Below are positions 43,778 through 53,268 of a stretch of DNA of 64,000 bases, in pieces. The notes below the pieces were generated by a model. The model saw nothing but the letters and a program-made list of their open reading frames with translations, searched no databases and was not told where the DNA came from. Within the stretch, counting starts at the first letter, position 1. Every line of letters begins with the position of its first letter. The stretch is from NCBI GenBank assembly GCA_963771175.1, contig CAVYSY010000032.1, positions 448,001 through 512,000 on the forward strand. The letters run 5' to 3'. Both the position numbers and the translations under genes were made by a program. Source of the DNA: an uncultured delta proteobacterium (lineage in GTDB: Bacteria; Myxococcota; Myxococcia; Myxococcales; Myxococcaceae).

Positions 43778-46366
43778 CTACGTGCTGGCCGAGGCGTTGG
43801 CGAGCGGCAGGACGGGCACCGTGAAGAAGAACGTGGTGCCCTGGCCGGGCTCGCTCTCGACCCAGATCCGGCCCCCGTGGGCCTCGACGATGCCCTTGGC
43901 GATGGCCAGCCCGAGCCCCCGCCCCCGCCGGTCCGCGGAGTCCGCCTGCCAGAACCGATCGAAGATGTGCTGCCGTTGCACCTCGGGGATCCCCGCGCCG
44001 GTGTTCATGACGGAGAAGACCACCTCGTCACCCTGTACGGTGGCGCATAGGGACAGACGTCCGCCAACGGGGGTGAACTTCAACGCGTTTCCCAGGAGGT
44101 TGGCGAACACCTGGAGGATGCGGTCGCGATCCGCGAAGATCAGCGGCAGGCCGGGGCTCACCCTCTCCTCCAGCAGGAGCTGCCTGTCTTCCGCCTGCAA
44201 CTGCACCGACTCGACGGCCTCGTGGACGATCGACGCGGGCTCGACCGCACTGCGCTGAAAAGAGAGCCGCCCCTCTTCGATGCTCACGATGTCGAGCAGA
44301 TCCTCGATGAGCTTCCGCATGGTGCGGCTGGAGCGCAGGATGCGCTCAACGGAGGCGTGGAGCCACTCGCAGCCGCCCTCCTCCCCCACGCGCTGGGAGA
44401 TCTTCCGCACGGCGAGCTCGATTGCCTGTAGCGGGCTCCTCAAGTCATGGGAGACCACGCCGAGCATCTCATCCCGCGCCCGCACGGCGCGACGCAGCGC
44501 CTCCTCGACCTCCTTCAGAGCCGTGATGTCCTCGTTGACGACGACCGCCCCGGCGAACTTCCCGCGCTCGTCGTACAGCGGCATCGCCGAGTTGATGATC
44601 GTCTTGTACGTGCCGTCGAAGCACTGGATGCGGATCAGCTCTCCGAGAGAGGTCTCCCCTTTCTTCAGTGCGCGCGCCAGCGACCACTCCTCCGGGGAGA
44701 TCGGCTTGCCAGTGTCCACCCACCACCCCTTGTACACGCCAAGCTCGGGCCCGCCGACATAGTGGGCGCCGCCCCAGACGCGCAGCCCGGCGGGGTTCGT
44801 GCGGATGAGGCGCCCGGTATGGTCCGCGATCCACACCCCCACGGGGAGGAGCTCGAAGATGCCGTTCAAGAGGCGTTCATTCGCACGGATCGCCTCCTCG
44901 ACCTGCATCCGTTCGCTCACATCCTGGAACACGCCGACGCCGCCAATGATCTTCCCTTCGGCATCGCGGATGGGCGCGGCGCTCCCGAGGATCGGGATTC
45001 GCGAGCCAGGCGAGCGCTCGATGATGTACTCGACACCGACGACCGTCTCACCACTCCGAAGGACCCGGTTCGAGGCAAACTGCTCCAACGGAACGGGCGT
45101 CCCGTCGCGAAAGAAGACGCGGTCCCGGTACTGCTCAGTGCCTCCCGTGGGCGAGAACGTCGGGCCGAGGAGCTCTTCAGCCCGCTGATTGCAGGAGATC
45201 CCGCCATCGGGACTGAAGAGGAGCACTCCCACCGGAACGGTGTCGAGCACCGCCCTGAGCCAGCGCCGCTCCTCTTCGATCTCACCCATGAGGCGCTCGC
45301 GTTCTTCTTGAGCGCGCGTGCGCGCTGACACATCCCGGACAAACGCGAGCCAACGCTTGTCGGGCAGCATCCGCGCACTCACCTCGATGATCGCCGGAGT
45401 ACCGTCCCCGCGTCGAATCTTCCAGTCACTGACGTCCGAGGTCCCGGCGAGGAGCTTCTCCCGGACCGCGGACAAGCGCGCCAGCTCCTCTGGCACGACG
45501 AGGTCCGCGACGGTCATCGAAAGCATCTCCTCTTGCGTCCGACCGAGCATCTCGCGAAGCCTCGGGTTGACCGCGGTGTAGCGTCCCTCCGAGTTCGCGA
45601 TCGCAATGCCGTCGGACGCCTCCTCGAAGATGGCCCGGAGGCCTTCCTCACTCTGGCGAATCGACGCCTCCAGGCGCTTCTGGTGGGTAGTGTCGCGCAG
45701 TGCGATGACGAGCATCGTCTCCCCGTCGATCGGCGTCTCGGCCATCATCGCTTCTGCGGGAAATTCCTCGCCGGTCTTCCGCTGGAGGACGATCTCCCGG
45801 TGCATGGCCGTCCTCTCCTCCATCCCGTGTGTGGCCGCGAAGGAGGGCATCTGAGCGCGATGAGCGGCGCGAAGGCGCTCGGGGAGGAGCACCTCGAACG
45901 AGCCTCCGATGACCTCCCCGGCACTCCAGCCGAAGACACGCTCGGCGGCCAGGTTGAAGGCCCTGATGTGCTGTCCGGCATCAACCGTGATGAGGGCGGA
46001 AGGCGCATTCATGAAGAGCGTCTCCATGCTGGCCGCATGGGCGCGCAACCGTTCCTCCTCCTGCTTCCGGTCGGTGATGTCGAGTCCGACGGCGAGCGTC
46101 TCCTCGACCTGGCCCGCCGGGCTCACGCGCGGCGTCGTGGCCCAGGCGACCCATCGCACGGTCCCCTCGCGCGTCGGGAGCGGCCCCTCGAACCGACGAG
46201 GAGCGGACGATGGGATTCCCTCGAACCCTGGAAGGCTCCCTCGCCCACGGACCTCGGCGAGCGTCCAGCCCGTGGCCTCCTCGCAAGCACGGCTCCAGGA
46301 GAGGAGCCGTCCGGAGGGATCGAGGCTTAGAACGAGGACGCCATGGACCGCTTGAGGATCGAGCAT
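43778..46366 (-). CDS. Multi-PAS histidine kinase
   Basis: About five PAS/PAC units, VSHDLRSPL, NLLGNALKFT, GRGLGLAI. Confidence 0.9.
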   Translation of the reverse strand: MLDPQAVHGVLVLSLDPSGRLLSWSRACEEATGWTLAEVRGRGSLPGFEGIPSSAPRRFEGPLPTREGTVRWVAWATTPRVSPAGQVEETLAVGLDITDRKQEEERLRAHAASMETLFMNAPSALITVDAGQHIRAFNLAAERVFGWSAGEVIGGSFEVLLPERLRAAHRAQMPSFAATHGMEERTAMHREIVLQRKTGEEFPAEAMMAETPIDGETMLVIALRDTTHQKRLEASIRQSEEGLRAIFEEASDGIAIANSEGRYTAVNPRLREMLGRTQEEMLSMTVADLVVPEELARLSAVREKLLAGTSDVSDWKIRRGDGTPAIIEVSARMLPDKRWLAFVRDVSARTRAQEERERLMGEIEEERRWLRAVLDTVPVGVLLFSPDGGISCNQRAEELLGPTFSPTGGTEQYRDRVFFRDGTPVPLEQFASNRVLRSGETVVGVEYIIERSPGSRIPILGSAAPIRDAEGKIIGGVGVFQDVSERMQVEEAIRANERLLNGIFELLPVGVWIADHTGRLIRTNPAGLRVWGGAHYVGGPELGVYKGWWVDTGKPISPEEWSLARALKKGETSLGELIRIQCFDGTYKTIINSAMPLYDERGKFAGAVVVNEDITALKEVEEALRRAVRARDEMLGVVSHDLRSPLQAIELAVRKISQRVGEEGGCEWLHASVERILRSSRTMRKLIEDLLDIVSIEEGRLSFQRSAVEPASIVHEAVESVQLQAEDRQLLLEERVSPGLPLIFADRDRILQVFANLLGNALKFTPVGGRLSLCATVQGDEVVFSVMNTGAGIPEVQRQHIFDRFWQADSADRRGRGLGLAIAKGIVEAHGGRIWVESEPGQGTTFFFTVPVLPLANASAST

Positions 46367-46571
46367 GCCCCTCCAACACTGGCACCCAGCGCGGCCAAGT
46401 GCAGGCGGTTCCAGCCCCTCCCGCCGATCCGACAGGGGTTGGATGCGCTCGCGCACGGGACACAGCTCCTGGTGCTCGGCCCGTGGATTGTGCACCAGAT
46501 TCGGCTGGAGAGGAAGCATCCCAGCCGGTTTCCCCACGGGCAGGAGGGCTAGCGGGCGGGTACGCCGCGGC

Positions 46572-47825
46572 TCAGAGCGCCTCGCAGTAGCCGTAGTTGC
46601 AGGCGGGCGTGGACGACGGACAGTCCGCCGGCCCATTGCACGGCTTGCACGAGGAGGCCCCGTTGGCCACCAGGTCGAAGTAGCAGCCGCAGCGCGAATC
46701 GGTGGAGTACGAGCTCAGCGACCCCATCTCCGACGTGCGCTTCACCTTCATGGCGCACTTGGGCACCAGGTGCTTCTGGATGATGACGTCCAGCAGCTCC
46801 TTCTCCAGGCGGGCCGCGGCGAAGCGGCTCACGAGCACGGCGGCGGCCGGGCTGGGCAGGCCATTCTCGGTGCGCGTGTAGAAGTGCACCGGGCCCCAGA
46901 TGGGGTAGTGCCCATCCCGCACGTTCTGCTTGTCCTTGGCGAAGGGCGTGGAGTCCGGCAGGAATCCGCAGGACTGGCCGGAGGCCTGGAACGCCAGGAT
47001 GCGCAGGTTGCTGCGCTCCTCGTCCGCGATGTCCGTGGAGATGATGCCAATGGCCTTCTCGGCCGTGCTCGCGTCCAGGAGGACCTTCATGTTGCGGCGC
47101 ACGCCGTCACTGCCGCCCCGGTCCACCCCCCACCACTTGTCGGCGGGCACGCCGATGGCCCGGGCCAGCATCTGCTGCGTGCCGGAGCTGGCGTTGCGGA
47201 CGAAGTACAGGTTCGGGTCCGTCCATGGGGCGGCCGCCCCCTTGTTGCCCCCGGTGCCGAACACCATGTACGCCGCCTCGGCGCTGATGCTGCGCTGAGA
47301 GGAGGCCGCCGGCACCACGAAGGTCATCGGCTGGATGGGGCCCTCGTAGTCGGCGATCTGCACGTTCGCGGGTGCCGTCATGTCGCACGTGGAGGCGTAA
47401 ACGTCCGAGACGCCCACATCCACCACGTTGCCCTCCGGTGCCAGGAAGCACTCCTGCGCCGAGCCGTCCGCGTTGAAGAGGATGGCGTAGTTGGCCGCCT
47501 TGGAGCCGCTGGCGGGAATGTCCTTGATGATCTGCTGGCTCGGGTCCGTGCTGTAGATGGCCTTCACGCCCGTGCACGAGCCCTGCGACTGGTAGACGAT
47601 TCTCCAGGCGGGCGACTCCTTGGCGAGCAATGACGCCACCACCCCGAGGAACGGACGGATGGCGGAGGAGCCCGCCACGTAGATGGTGTTGGGGCCGGCG
47701 CAGTTGACGGTGGGCGTGTTGGTCTGCGCATGCGCCACGGTGCTCACGAGGGCCAGGGCGAGCAGGCCGGTCCAGAGCCCCGGCGCGAGCCGGCGAAGGT
47801 CGTATCTCATGCTGCGGATCTCCAT
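46572..47825 (-). CDS. Secreted PstS-like phosphate-binding protein with Cys-rich C-terminus
   Basis: Signal VAHA; AGSSA, YQSQGSCTG, GVSD, RNASSGT, GHYPIW match the PstS/PBP-like pattern. Confidence 0.7.
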   Translation of the reverse strand: MEIRSMRYDLRRLAPGLWTGLLALALVSTVAHAQTNTPTVNCAGPNTIYVAGSSAIRPFLGVVASLLAKESPAWRIVYQSQGSCTGVKAIYSTDPSQQIIKDIPASGSKAANYAILFNADGSAQECFLAPEGNVVDVGVSDVYASTCDMTAPANVQIADYEGPIQPMTFVVPAASSQRSISAEAAYMVFGTGGNKGAAAPWTDPNLYFVRNASSGTQQMLARAIGVPADKWWGVDRGGSDGVRRNMKVLLDASTAEKAIGIISTDIADEERSNLRILAFQASGQSCGFLPDSTPFAKDKQNVRDGHYPIWGPVHFYTRTENGLPSPAAAVLVSRFAAARLEKELLDVIIQKHLVPKCAMKVKRTSEMGSLSSYSTDSRCGCYFDLVANGASSCKPCNGPADCPSSTPACNYGYCEAL

Positions 47826-47827
47826 GG

Positions 47828-48181
47828 TCAGGGCTTGGGAACGAGCGGAGGCAGGCTGGCGCCGTTACAGAGCCCCAGCCGCGCGCAGTTGTCGAACGGG
47901 ATGCACTGCGCCAGGGTGCACTGGTTGCGGTACTGCTCCTCGGAGGAGGGCTCTCCTCGGAAGCAGCCCGGCGGGCCCAGCCCGGAAGGCACGCAGAGGC
48001 CTTCCTTGCAGACGGGATAGGAGCCGAACCGGACGCAGTCGTCGTCCGTGGCGCACTGGTCGGCGTTGCCGTCGATGACGAGCGAGCAACCCGTGCCCGC
48101 CAGCAGCAATACCGCCAGCAAGGCCCACCCCGGCCAACGGCCATGGGAAGAGCACCTGTCAGATTGAGGGTACATGCACAT
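47828..48181 (-). CDS. Small Cys-rich lipoprotein
   Basis: Lipobox GTGC; CATDDDC...C..GLC myxobacterial Cys motif. Confidence 0.7.
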   Translation of the reverse strand: MCMYPQSDRCSSHGRWPGWALLAVLLLAGTGCSLVIDGNADQCATDDDCVRFGSYPVCKEGLCVPSGLGPPGCFRGEPSSEEQYRNQCTLAQCIPFDNCARLGLCNGASLPPLVPKP

Positions 48182-48229
48182 GCCTCGTGAAATGGAGGGA
48201 AGCCAGCGGCCCGGAAGCGGGCCGCGGCG

Positions 48230-49224
48230 CTAGAAGGACCCCGAGACCCCCACGCTGCCCGGCCCCACCCCCACCTGCACTCCGGCGGAAGGAGTGGGCT
48301 CCGGCTCACGCAGGAGCGTCATCCAGGTGGACACCCCGACGGCCACCAGCGTGGCGCCCGCGAGCACGTCCGTGGTGAGCGCCAGGGTGCGCGTCCGGCC
48401 GCTGGCCTGGTCGAGCTCGGCCCGGCTCACCCCGAAGGTGTCGCGCCGGGTCTTCAGGTCACTCGAGGCATTCAGCGCCAGCACGGAGGAGACACCCGTG
48501 GCCACCGCCAGCCCCCCGGTGATGCCCCACGGCACCCAGGGAGAGACAGGCTGGGACTTGACGACCTCGGGCCGCGGAGCCTCGGGCGCGGGGCCTCGGG
48601 CCGCGAAGCCGGCGCGGGCGCGGCGGAAGCAACCGGCGCGGGCGCCGAGGGAGCGGCGAACTCCAGGGACACGTCGAGGGTGTCCCGGCCCGCCACGTCC
48701 ACCACGCGCGTCACCGGCGGGGTGCCCTGGAGCGAGGCGGAGATCTTCCGCCGCCCCGCGTTGAGCAGCAGCGGCTCGCGCAGCGGCGAGGTGCCCACCG
48801 GCACGTCATCCACGGAGATCTCCGCCCCCGGCTTGTTGACGGTGACGCGCACCGTGGCCACACGCACCTGGAGCCGGTCGATCTCCCGCTGGACCTCCTC
48901 GCGGCGCTGGGCCGGCAGCTCCCCTCCCCCTTCGTCGAGGTAGCGCTGGAAGCTGTCGAGCGCGCTGGCGTAGTCCTGGAGCTGATACTGCACCTGGGCG
49001 ATGTTGTAGAGGAGCCGGTAGCTCGGCGCGAGCTCGTAGGCGCGCTTGAACTCCACCAGCGCGGCCGGGAAGTCGTTCTCCTCGTAGAGCTCCCGCCCGC
49101 GCTGGTAGCGGTTCTGGGCTTCCTCGAGAGTGGCCTTCTTGGTGCGCCCCGCGGCACCGGCACTCCCGCCCGACAGCGCCAGCACGAGGGCGAGCGCGAT
49201 GGACCTGGACAGACGCATCATCAT
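48230..49224 (-). CDS. TPR-PEGA domain protein (apparent frameshift near 48600)
   Basis: Signal peptide, [37 protein letters not shown]-terminal VGVSGSF. Confidence 0.85.
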
Positions 49225-51112
49225 TCCTTCCATGGGTTGGTCGAATCCAGCTTGCGGTTGCTGCCGTTCCACGGGTCCTCACCATCGAGGCCACGCTTGG
49301 TGTCACCGCTCCAGGGGTTGTCCGCGTCGAGGCCGCGCTTCGCCTTGCTGGCGCCAGCGGCCGGCTTCGACGGCAGCTCGGCGAATCCGTCGTCGGCCGG
49401 CGCCACGGCCGGCTGCGGCGGGGCGGGAGCCCGGACCTTGGAGACACGCTCGCGGCGCACCACCAGGCTGCGCCGCTGCAGGTTGAGCTTCCAGCATCAG
49501 GTCCTTCTCGAAGCGGATCTGCTTCACCAGCGGCGCGAAGCCGGCGGCGGTGGCGCGCAACTCGTGCGAGGCGCCGTCCTTGGGGAAGCTGCCCGTGAAG
49601 GGATTGGACGGCAGCACCTCCCCGTCCAGCTGCACCACGGCGCCGCGCGGCACCACCTGGATGTGAAGCTCGACCACCTCCGAAGACGGCTCCTCCGCGT
49701 GCGCGGGGCGGCTCGACCGTCTCGGGACCGGGCGAGGCCACGGCCTGGGGCAGCGCGGCCGGGACCTCGGACGGTGGAGTGGGCAACGGAGTGGGGGGAG
49801 CGGGCGCGGGGGCCGGTGCGCTGGCCACCGGTGCGCTGGCCACCACGGCGGGTTGCACCTGGGGCTGGGGCTCGCGAGACCGGGAGCTGAACACCAGGGC
49901 CACGCCCCCGACCACCAGCAGCAGGGCCGCGCCCACGATGGGCAACACCCAGCGACGCCGGGGGGCGGCCCGCACCTCGGAGACGACATGCGCCTCGGTG
50001 AGGGACTCCGATTCGATCACCTGGGAGCGCGGCGCGGACAGGGTGGCCTCGGGAGGAGGAGGCGGCGGCCTCACCGGCGTCGCGGGCACGACGACACCGG
50101 GAAGGCTCCGGCGCGGCTTGCTGCCACTGCCGGGAGCCGGCGTGCCGAGCGGCCCCGAGCCACCGGACGGCAGCGAGAGCTGCGAGATGAGCTCCGCGAG
50201 CTGGAAGGCGCTCACCGGCTGGCCTTGCCCGAGCAGGAACTGCTCCAGGTCCGCCTGCATCTCCCGGCAGCTCTGGTAACGCTCCTCGCGGTCCTTGGCC
50301 AGCGCCCGCTCGATGATGCGCTGCAGGTCCTCGGGCACGTCGGCACGCCTGACGGATACGGGCGTGAAGGGCGAGTGGAGGATCGCGTTCATCAACGCGA
50401 TCTCGCTGCTGGCCTCGAAGGGCTTACGCCCCGCCACCAGTTCGTACAGCACGACCCCGAGCGCGTAGATGTCACTGCGCAGGTCGAGCGACTCGTTCCT
50501 GAGCTGCTCGGGCGCCATGTAGGGCACCTTCCCCTTGAGCGTGCCAACCTGGGTCTGGTGCACCTGATTGCTCGCCTTGGCGATGCCGAAGTCCACGACC
50601 TTCACGGACCCCGTTCGCGCCAGGAGGATGTTGTCGGGGCTGACGTCCCGGTGCACCAGGCCCAGCGGCTCACCGGTGTCGGGGTCGGCGAACTCGTGCG
50701 CGTAGGCGAGCCCCTCGCAGATGGCGGAGACGAGCTTCGCGCAGTGGGGCAGTGGCAGCGGCCGGCCCACCGCATGGGCCCTGCGCATCAGCGCGCGGAG
50801 GTTGGGGCCATCGATGTACTCCATGGCCAGGAAGTACACGCCGTCCGCCTCGCCGAAATCGAAGATCTGGACGATGTTGGGATGGTTGAGCTGGGCGGCG
50901 AGTCTGGCCTCGGACAGGAACATCTCGACGAACTGGGGCTCGTCGACCAGATGCGGGAGGATCTGCTTCACCACCAGGGTCTTCTCGAACCCCATGGGCC
51001 CCGCCACACGCGCCCGGTAGACCTTGGCCATACCGCCATGCCCAAGCTCTCCAAGCAGCTCGTACCGGCCCATCCGCGGGCTGTTCGGAACACTGTCTCG
51101 GGCGTCCAGCAC
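49221..51112 (-). CDS. Membrane Ser/Thr protein kinase with PEGA-like domain (apparent frameshifts near 49715 and 49480)
   Basis: [32 protein letters not shown] helix; extracytoplasmic tail ending in three (N/D)PW repeats. Confidence 0.88.
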
Positions 51113-51218
51113 CTGTTACCTCGGCGTCAAAATTAGCGTGCGGATAGCCTCTTTCTGGCACGCTGTCGAGATACCCAAGATACAAGACTTTGACTCCACG
51201 CGAGCAGTGGTGAAGTCA

Positions 51219-51285
51219 TGTCACGATCTTGTCACATATTCGGTGATAGGGATTTGTTCGCGATGAAGTGTCACGGTTTTGTCAC
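51219..51285. promoter_or_regulatory. Two Pho-box-like / OmpR-family direct repeats TGTCAC-N5-TGTCAC
   Basis: TGTCACgatctTGTCAC at 51219-51235 and TGTCACggtttTGTCAC at 51269-51285; 11-bp period. Confidence 0.6.
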
Positions 51286-51289
51286 GCCA

Positions 51290-51373
51290 AAGTTCGAGCT
51301 CATCGAGGCGGAGAAGACCCATTTCCCCGTGGACATCATGTGCCAGCAATTGGGCGTGTCGCGCTCGGGCTAA
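51290..51373 (+). mobile_element. IS3-family transposase OrfB N-terminal remnant
   Basis: KFELIEAEKTHFPVDIMCQQLGVSRSG*, resembling the IS3 FI.AEK..FPV...C..LGVSRSGYY motif. Confidence 0.75.
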
Positions 51374-51379
51374 TTTCGC

Positions 51380-51664
51380 CGACTCCTGGCAGGCGCTCAG
51401 TATCACCTCTATCGGAGCGACAGAGGTGCGGCCCTGGCCACGCTAGATGCACAGCTTGCGCGGCAACCCCAGAGCGTTGGGGCCCTCGCCTTCAAGGCGG
51501 AAATGATGGAAGACGCCGGCGAGTTGCTCCAGGCCTAGAAGCTTTACAATGCAGCGCTCGAGGCTCATTTCACGAAACGGCCCAACGCCCAGCATCCTCC
51601 CTTGGGGCTGATGGAGCGACGGGCCGCGCTCAGCAAGAAACTGTTCCCGGAAACGTTCAAGTAA
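51380..51664 (+). pseudogene. TPR-like gene 3' remnant with internal stop
   Basis: ...AALATLDAQLARQPQSVGALAFKAEMMEDAGELLQA*KLYNAALEAHFTKRPNAQHPPLGL...; TAG at 51536. Confidence 0.5.
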
Positions 51665-51806
51665 TCCTGAGCACGGTGTCGCTTCGTGTCGGCGGGCCGC
51701 GGGAGCCCTCGTGCCGGATGAACCGCCCGAGCGCGGAAAAGGGTTGCCTCGGCGGCCCGTCGCGTCAATCCTCCGCGTTCCCGCGGACGAGGGAGGGCAA
51801 GACCGC

Positions 51807-52238
51807 ATGCGTGGGACGTTCGGACTCCTGATTCTGGTGACGCTGGCTGGCTGCACCTCGGTGGACGTGGCCCGGGTGCCGTCGCTCCGCGACACGCGTG
51901 ACGTCTTCGTCACAACGGGGGACGTGAAGGGTCCCTACCAGAGCCTCGGTGTGGTGCAGGCCACGCGGCGCGGCGTGCTTCTCTTCGGCTTCGCGGACCC
52001 CGCGGGCACGGACCTGGAGGACGGGCTGCACGAGACGCTCATCCCCGAGGTGCGGCGCCTGGGCGGCGACGGCATCATGAACCTGCGCTTCCAGCAGACA
52101 CAGTACACCGTCCCCACCCGCCTCCTCTTCACCCTGCTCTTCTTCATCCCGCTGCCGAGCGAGGTCACCCTCAGCGGCGAGGTGGTGAAGCTCGGCCCGG
52201 GTGCCGCGCCGCCGTCGGCCGGTACCCCGTCGCGTTGA
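51807..52238 (+). CDS. Lipoprotein, YbjQ/heavy-metal-binding-like fold (paralog 1)
   Basis: Lipobox LAGC; PYQSLGVVQ...RRLGGDGIMNLRF...SGEVVK. Confidence 0.75.
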   Translation: MRGTFGLLILVTLAGCTSVDVARVPSLRDTRDVFVTTGDVKGPYQSLGVVQATRRGVLLFGFADPAGTDLEDGLHETLIPEVRRLGGDGIMNLRFQQTQYTVPTRLLFTLLFFIPLPSEVTLSGEVVKLGPGAAPPSAGTPSR

Positions 52239-52263
52239 ACCCGTTCCGCTCCTGGAGAACCCG

Positions 52264-52710
52264 GTGAGACTCCCGATCCTGCTCCCGTTGCTGCTGTGCG
52301 TCGGCTGCAGTGCCGTGTCGCGCGGCTCGAAGCTGTCGGACCGTCCGCCCGATGGCGAGCGCGGCCTGTACCTGAGCACCGGCGGCGCGCCGAGGCCCTA
52401 CCGCACCCTCGGGTTTACCCAGGTGCTGGGCTACGGCGTGACCGTGGCGGGCGTCTCGGACCTGGGCAACGCCGCCCTCGACAACACCATCAAGAAGACC
52501 CTGGTGGACACGGCCCTGAGGATGGGCGGCGATGGCGTCATCAACATCGAGTTCGAGGACGAGAACCCGCCCACCGACGTGGAGCGCGCGGCGGACCTCT
52601 CCGAGTCCATCACCAACGTGGCGAGCGGTCGCGGTGGCGGCGTGAAGACCCGCAACCGCAATGTGATCGTCACCGGCGAAGTCATCCAGTTCATCTCCTC
52701 CCAACCGTGA
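52264..52710 (+). CDS. Lipoprotein, YbjQ-like fold (paralog 2)
   Basis: Lipobox CVGC; PYRTLG...ALRMGGDGVINIEF...TGEVIQF. Confidence 0.72.
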   Translation: MRLPILLPLLLCVGCSAVSRGSKLSDRPPDGERGLYLSTGGAPRPYRTLGFTQVLGYGVTVAGVSDLGNAALDNTIKKTLVDTALRMGGDGVINIEFEDENPPTDVERAADLSESITNVASGRGGGVKTRNRNVIVTGEVIQFISSQP

Positions 52711-52721
52711 GAGCTCCTCCC

Positions 52722-53159
52722 ATGCGTCTCCTCCTCGCGCTCGCGCTCGTGGCGCTCACCGGCTGCACCGTCATCAACACCACCTCCGTCCCGTCCGACC
52801 GCAGCGGCAGGGACGTCTTCGTGTCGGCGGGCGACATCCCCGAGCCCTATGAGACGCTCGGCGTGGTCCAGGCCACGCGCTCGGGCGTGCTGCTCTTCGG
52901 CTTCGTGGACGTGATTGGCACGGACCTCGACGCCGGCTTCAAGGACGTGCTCATCCCCCAGGTGCGGGAGATGGGCGGCGATGGCGCCATCAACGTCCGC
53001 TTCCGCCAGACGCAGTACCTGCCGGTGACGAAGGTGTTCGGCGCCATCTTCTTCTTCATCCCGCTGCCCAGCAGCGTGACGGTGACGGCCGAGGTGGTGA
53101 AGCTCCAACGCCGCGCGGACCTGCCCGCCGAGAGCTCGGCGCCCGTCGTCTCCCGCTGA
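52722..53159 (+). CDS. Lipoprotein, YbjQ-like fold (paralog 3)
   Basis: Lipobox LTGC; PYETLGVVQATR...REMGGDGAINVRF; very similar to paralog 1. Confidence 0.75.
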   Translation: MRLLLALALVALTGCTVINTTSVPSDRSGRDVFVSAGDIPEPYETLGVVQATRSGVLLFGFVDVIGTDLDAGFKDVLIPQVREMGGDGAINVRFRQTQYLPVTKVFGAIFFFIPLPSSVTVTAEVVKLQRRADLPAESSAPVVSR

Positions 53160-53268
53160 AGGGAGCGCCCCTGGCGGCGCACGCCAGGCGTGCAGCGGAG
53201 CAGGCGCCGCGCTCCTCGGTCGCATGAGCGGGAGCGCGGCCGGCCTCGGCCGCGCCTACGTTTGCTTC

